Origin: an uncultured Alphaproteobacteria bacterium
Lineage (GTDB): Bacteria; Pseudomonadota; Alphaproteobacteria; JAJFIK01
Assembly (NCBI GenBank): GCA_964474635.1
Contig: CAYYTT010000001.1
Location: 15,930 to 79,929 of the forward strand
Direction: 5' to 3'
DNA: 64,000 bases
The notes beneath the pieces were generated by a model that ran no database searches, was not told the DNA's origin, and was given only the letters and a program-made list of their open reading frames with translations. This document shows, piece by piece, positions 60,905 to 64,000 of this stretch (positions are counted from its first letter, which is position 1; every line of letters starts with the position of its first letter). Both the position numbers and the translations under genes were made by a program.

Positions 60905-61393
60905 TTACGTCAGCGGCGCCACGGCCGTCAGGGGCAGGACGGAGCGGTCCTTCATGGCCTCTAGTACGAAACAGGTGCGGACATCGCGCACGCTTGGTGT
61001 CTTGAGAAGCTGCTTCATGGCGAATTGTTCGAAACTTTCCATGTCCGGCGCGACGACCTTCAGCAGATAATCAAAACTACCCGTCACGGCGTAGCATTCC
61101 ACCACCTCCGGCATGGTGCGGACCCGCGTGCGGAAGGTGTCCACGGCCTGTTCATCGCCTTGCGCCACCTGGACCTGCACAAACGCCGTGATGCCGAGAC
61201 CCAACCGTTTCTCATCGAGATGGGTTGAGTAGCCCGTGATGTAGCCGCTGTGCTCCAGGCTCTGCACCCGGCGCAGGCAGGCCGAGGCCGACAAGCCCAC
61301 CTGGGAGGCCAGATCCACATTCGACAGGCGGCCGTTTTGCTGGAGCGCCGCCAGGATCCGTAAATCGATCTTGTCGAGCCGATGGGCCGCCAT
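60905..61393 (-). CDS. Lrp/AsnC-family transcriptional regulator
   Basis: ORF trimmed to MAAHRLDKIDLRILAALQQNGRLSNVDLASQVGLSASACLRRVQSLEHSGYI at 61393. The C-terminal RAM/AsnC_trans_reg part includes VVECYAVTGSFDYLLKV. Confidence 0.92.
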   Translation of the reverse strand: MAAHRLDKIDLRILAALQQNGRLSNVDLASQVGLSASACLRRVQSLEHSGYITGYSTHLDEKRLGLGITAFVQVQVAQGDEQAVDTFRTRVRTMPEVVECYAVTGSFDYLLKVVAPDMESFEQFAMKQLLKTPSVRDVRTCFVLEAMKDRSVLPLTAVAPLT

Positions 61394-61671
61394 GGGACGC
61401 GTTTCCTTTTGTTTTCCCGGCTGTTTTGCCCCGGGGGCCTTTTTCGCGCCGTCCGGGATGGGGCACGGCGCCAGGGGACCGCCTTGCTCGACGCTTGGGC
61501 CTTGAAATCCGGCATTTGCACCTGTGCCCGCCCTTGATTGGTGCCCCGACGCACGATCGTGCGCAAGTCCCCCCTTTTGTGCAGGAATTCGCAAGGAAAT
61601 GGCGCCCCCACGCCCCTATAGTCCGTGAAGTCGCCTGATTTTCAGGCCTCTAGAACAAAAGAGGAAAAGTC

Positions 61672-62763
61672 ATGAACGCAACAGCCGCCGCTACCGCCAC
61701 TGCCGAAAGCCTCTGGGAAAACCCCATGGGAACGGACGGGTTTGCCTTCGTTGAGTTCACGGCGACCGATCCTGCTCCCTTGCATGCCCTCTTCAAAAGC
61801 CTCGGGTTCACGGCCGTGGCCAAGCACAAGGCCAAGACGGCGACCCTCTATCGCCAGGGCCAAATCGACTTCATCTTGACCGAGGCCGCCCAAACGCCGG
61901 GTCATTCGGCCCGCTTTGCCGGCACGCACGGGCCGAGCGCCAGCGCCATGGGCTTTCGCGTCGCCGACGCCGCCGCCGCCCACAAGGCACTGATCGCGCA
62001 AGGCGCCACCAACGGTCCGGCAGCCACCGAAACGATCATCGGTGCCCCGAGCATTGAGGGCATCGGCGGCAGCCTGATCTACCTCGTCGATCAGACCCAT
62101 GAGAACACCCTAGCCGCCGCGTTCGCGCCCCTGGACGGTGTCGATCAGGCCCCTGCGGGCGTGGGCCTCAAGGTGCTCGACCACCTGACGCACAATGTGG
62201 ACCAGGGCCGCATGGACCATTGGGCGGGTTTTTACGAAAACCACTTCAACTTCCGTCAAATCCGTTTTTTCGACATCGAAGGTCAGCACACGGGCCTGAA
62301 ATCCCGCGCCATGACCGGCCCATGCGGCAAGCTGCGCATCCCCATCAATGAGTCGTCGGACGACAAGAGCCAGATTGCCGAATTCCTGGACCAGTACAAC
62401 GGCGAAGGCATTCAGCACATCGCTCTGACGACGGACGACATCTGTGCCACCGTCGATGCCCTGCGCGCCAATGGCGTCGCCTTCATGACGCCGCCGCCGG
62501 ACACCTATTATGACATGCTGGATGAGCGTCTGCCGGGGCACGGCCAGCCGGTCGAAGAGTTGAAATCGCGCGCGATCCTGCTCGACGGGGCCGACAACAC
62601 GCATTTGCTGCTGCAGATCTTTACCGAAGCCGCCGTGGGCCCCATTTTCTTCGAGATCATCTCGCGCCAGGGCGATGACGGCTTCGGTGAGGGCAACTTC
62701 AAGGCCCTGTTCGAGAGCATGGAACGCGACCAGATCCGGCGCGGCGTTCTGAAAGTCGACTGA
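61672..62763 (+). CDS. hppD: 4-hydroxyphenylpyruvate dioxygenase
   Basis: 363 aa. LDHLTHNV, GIQHIALTTDDI, LLLQIFTEAAVGPIFFEIISRQGDDGFGEGNFKALFESMERDQIRRGVL. Confidence 0.95.
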   Translation: MNATAAATATAESLWENPMGTDGFAFVEFTATDPAPLHALFKSLGFTAVAKHKAKTATLYRQGQIDFILTEAAQTPGHSARFAGTHGPSASAMGFRVADAAAAHKALIAQGATNGPAATETIIGAPSIEGIGGSLIYLVDQTHENTLAAAFAPLDGVDQAPAGVGLKVLDHLTHNVDQGRMDHWAGFYENHFNFRQIRFFDIEGQHTGLKSRAMTGPCGKLRIPINESSDDKSQIAEFLDQYNGEGIQHIALTTDDICATVDALRANGVAFMTPPPDTYYDMLDERLPGHGQPVEELKSRAILLDGADNTHLLLQIFTEAAVGPIFFEIISRQGDDGFGEGNFKALFESMERDQIRRGVLKVD

Positions 62764-62802
62764 CGGTCGCTTCCGCACCGGGGGAAGCGACCGGCTTCCC
62801 CC
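62764..62802 (+). terminator. Two overlapping, mutually exclusive GC-rich hairpins immediately after the hppD stop
   Basis: Hairpin A: 62764-62774 (cggtcgcttcc) pairs with 62783-62793 (ggaagcgaccg). Hairpin B: 62780-62788 (gggggaagc) pairs with 62794-62802 (gcttccccc). The two share 62783-62788. They are followed by C and A homopolymer runs, not a U-tract. Confidence 0.4.
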
Positions 62803-62836
62803 CCCACATCAAAAAAAAGACGTATGAGGACGAGCC

Positions 62837-63976
62837 ATGGCCGAAAAACGCTTTATCAGCTTTCCGCGCGTCGAGGGCAAGGCTTCGCGCCAGGCCCATG
62901 CGGACCTGCCCGAAGGCACCTTTGAGCGGGAAATGGGCAAGGAAGGCTTTTTCGGCCCGGCCACCCATATGTATCACCGCAATCCGCCCACGGGGTGGTC
63001 GAGCTTCGAAGGCCCCCTTCGCCCACGAGCCTTCGACCTGACCAAACTGTCCGACTACGGCGGGTCTCCCTGGGACGCGCCGCTGGTCCTCGCCAATGCC
63101 CATTGCAAACTACGCCAATGGCATACGGCGAGCGCCATGGACCATTTGGTGCGCAATGCGGATGGGGACGAGCTTTTATTCATCCATCGCGGCGCGGGCG
63201 ATCTTTTCTGCGATTACGGCCATCTGCCTGTGGAGCAGGGTGATTATGTGGTCCTGCCCCGGGGCACCATGTGGCGTCTTGTGCCCGCCGAGCCCATCAC
63301 GCTGCTGATGGTCGAGGCCACCAATGGCAGCTATCAGCTCCCTGAAAAGGGGCTTGTCGGACCCCATGCCATTTTTGACCCCGCCATGCTCGACGTGCCG
63401 CAGATCGATGAGGCCTTCACGGCGCAGGGTCAGAATGCCGGTCCCTGGCCCGTGCGCATCAAACGGCGCGAGCAGGTTTCCGTGGCCACCTACCCCTATA
63501 ACCCGCTCGATGCCGTGGGCTGGCACGGGGATCTGGCGCCGGTGCGCCTCAATGTGCGCGATATCCGCCCCCTGATGAGCCACCGTTACCACTTGCCGCC
63601 CTCGGCCCATACGACCTTTGTCGCCGACCGTTTCGTGGTGTGCACCTTCACGCCGCGCCCCTTCGAGACAGATCCGGGCGCCATCAAGGTCCCGTTTTTT
63701 CATAACAATGACGATTACGACGAAGTGCTGTTCTACCACGCCGGCGATTTCTTCAGCCGGGACAACATCGATGCCGGCATGATGACCTTCCACCCTTGCG
63801 GCTTCACCCATGGGCCCCACCCCAAGGCCCTAACGAAGATGTTGGAACAATCAAAGCCGGCGACGGACGAATATGCCGTGATGCTGGATGCCCGTGATCC
63901 GTTGGATGTGGGTGCCGCCGCCGAGAACGTGGAATGGTCGGGTTATAAGGACAGCTGGAAACCCAAAGACGCGTGA
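62837..63976 (+). CDS. hmgA: Homogentisate 1,2-dioxygenase-family cupin protein (short form)
   Basis: 379 aa. KEGFFGPATHMYHRNPPTGW, DGDELLFIHRGAGDLFCDYGHL, FHNNDDYDEVLFYH and MTFHPCGFTHGPHP resemble HGD N- and C-domains. It lies directly downstream of hppD. It is shorter than the classical ~430-450 aa HmgA, so the assignment is tentative. Confidence 0.65.
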   Translation: MAEKRFISFPRVEGKASRQAHADLPEGTFEREMGKEGFFGPATHMYHRNPPTGWSSFEGPLRPRAFDLTKLSDYGGSPWDAPLVLANAHCKLRQWHTASAMDHLVRNADGDELLFIHRGAGDLFCDYGHLPVEQGDYVVLPRGTMWRLVPAEPITLLMVEATNGSYQLPEKGLVGPHAIFDPAMLDVPQIDEAFTAQGQNAGPWPVRIKRREQVSVATYPYNPLDAVGWHGDLAPVRLNVRDIRPLMSHRYHLPPSAHTTFVADRFVVCTFTPRPFETDPGAIKVPFFHNNDDYDEVLFYHAGDFFSRDNIDAGMMTFHPCGFTHGPHPKALTKMLEQSKPATDEYAVMLDARDPLDVGAAAENVEWSGYKDSWKPKDA

Positions 63977-64000
63977 CGCTTTGGTCAAGGCAAGGAGCGT

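Noticed and set aside
1-64000. Search for tRNA, rRNA or tmRNA genes, transposases, integrases, phage genes, toxin-antitoxin pairs and known defence systems
   Set aside because: None was recognised by eye. The CHAT protein is a lipoprotein linked to secretion genes rather than to CRISPR- or CBASS-type partners, so I do not call it a defence system. Small RNAs cannot be excluded without covariance-model scans.

Overview
High-GC bacterial chromosomal window. Gene content and synteny (a single RSH/SpoT next to rpoZ, squalene-hopene cyclase, HupE permeases, Xps-type T2SS gene order) suggest an alphaproteobacterium, but this is inference only. I support about 48 protein-coding genes. I saw no rRNA or tRNA genes, no CRISPR array, and no transposase or integrase. 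Blocks: (1) 1-4101 holds a partial multi-PAS hybrid histidine kinase that is missing from the ORF track because it is open at the window edge. (2) 4.3-17.5 kb holds a two-partner secretion pair (TpsB plus a 1756-aa TpsA with no recognisable toxin end). It is translationally coupled to a TPR-CHAT caspase-fold lipoprotein, sits convergent with a CHASE2 class III cyclase, and that cyclase is divergently paired with a 300-aa secreted protein. This is the most interesting locus and, to my knowledge, is functionally undescribed. (3) Housekeeping genes follow: ilvA-like, thiO-like, a Ca/Na antiporter and an acyl-CoA dehydrogenase. (4) An OmpR-type regulator, a HAMP kinase and a TonB-dependent receptor, with a 19-bp x4 tandem repeat at the kinase 5' end. 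(5) A complete Xps-type T2SS (gspE-F-G-H-I-J-L-M-N-D), with gspK displaced onto the opposite strand and a lipobox on GspD. (6) Three HupE/UreJ-type permeases and a PPIase lie upstream of the T2SS, divergent from a secreted PHP-fold metalloenzyme with distinct codon usage. (7) A fused membrane/spermidine-synthase-like gene is coupled to two TIGR02466-type 2OG-Fe(II) oxygenase genes. (8) An EF-hand protein, shc, pyrE, spoT, rpoZ, folK, an NYN protein, a UDG and rlmI. (9) A Phe/Tyr catabolism set: phhA, an Lrp regulator, hppD and an hmgA-like gene. Many long ORFs in the supplied track are antisense shadow ORFs typical of high-GC DNA and were rejected. All family assignments come from motif recognition by eye; no searches were run.
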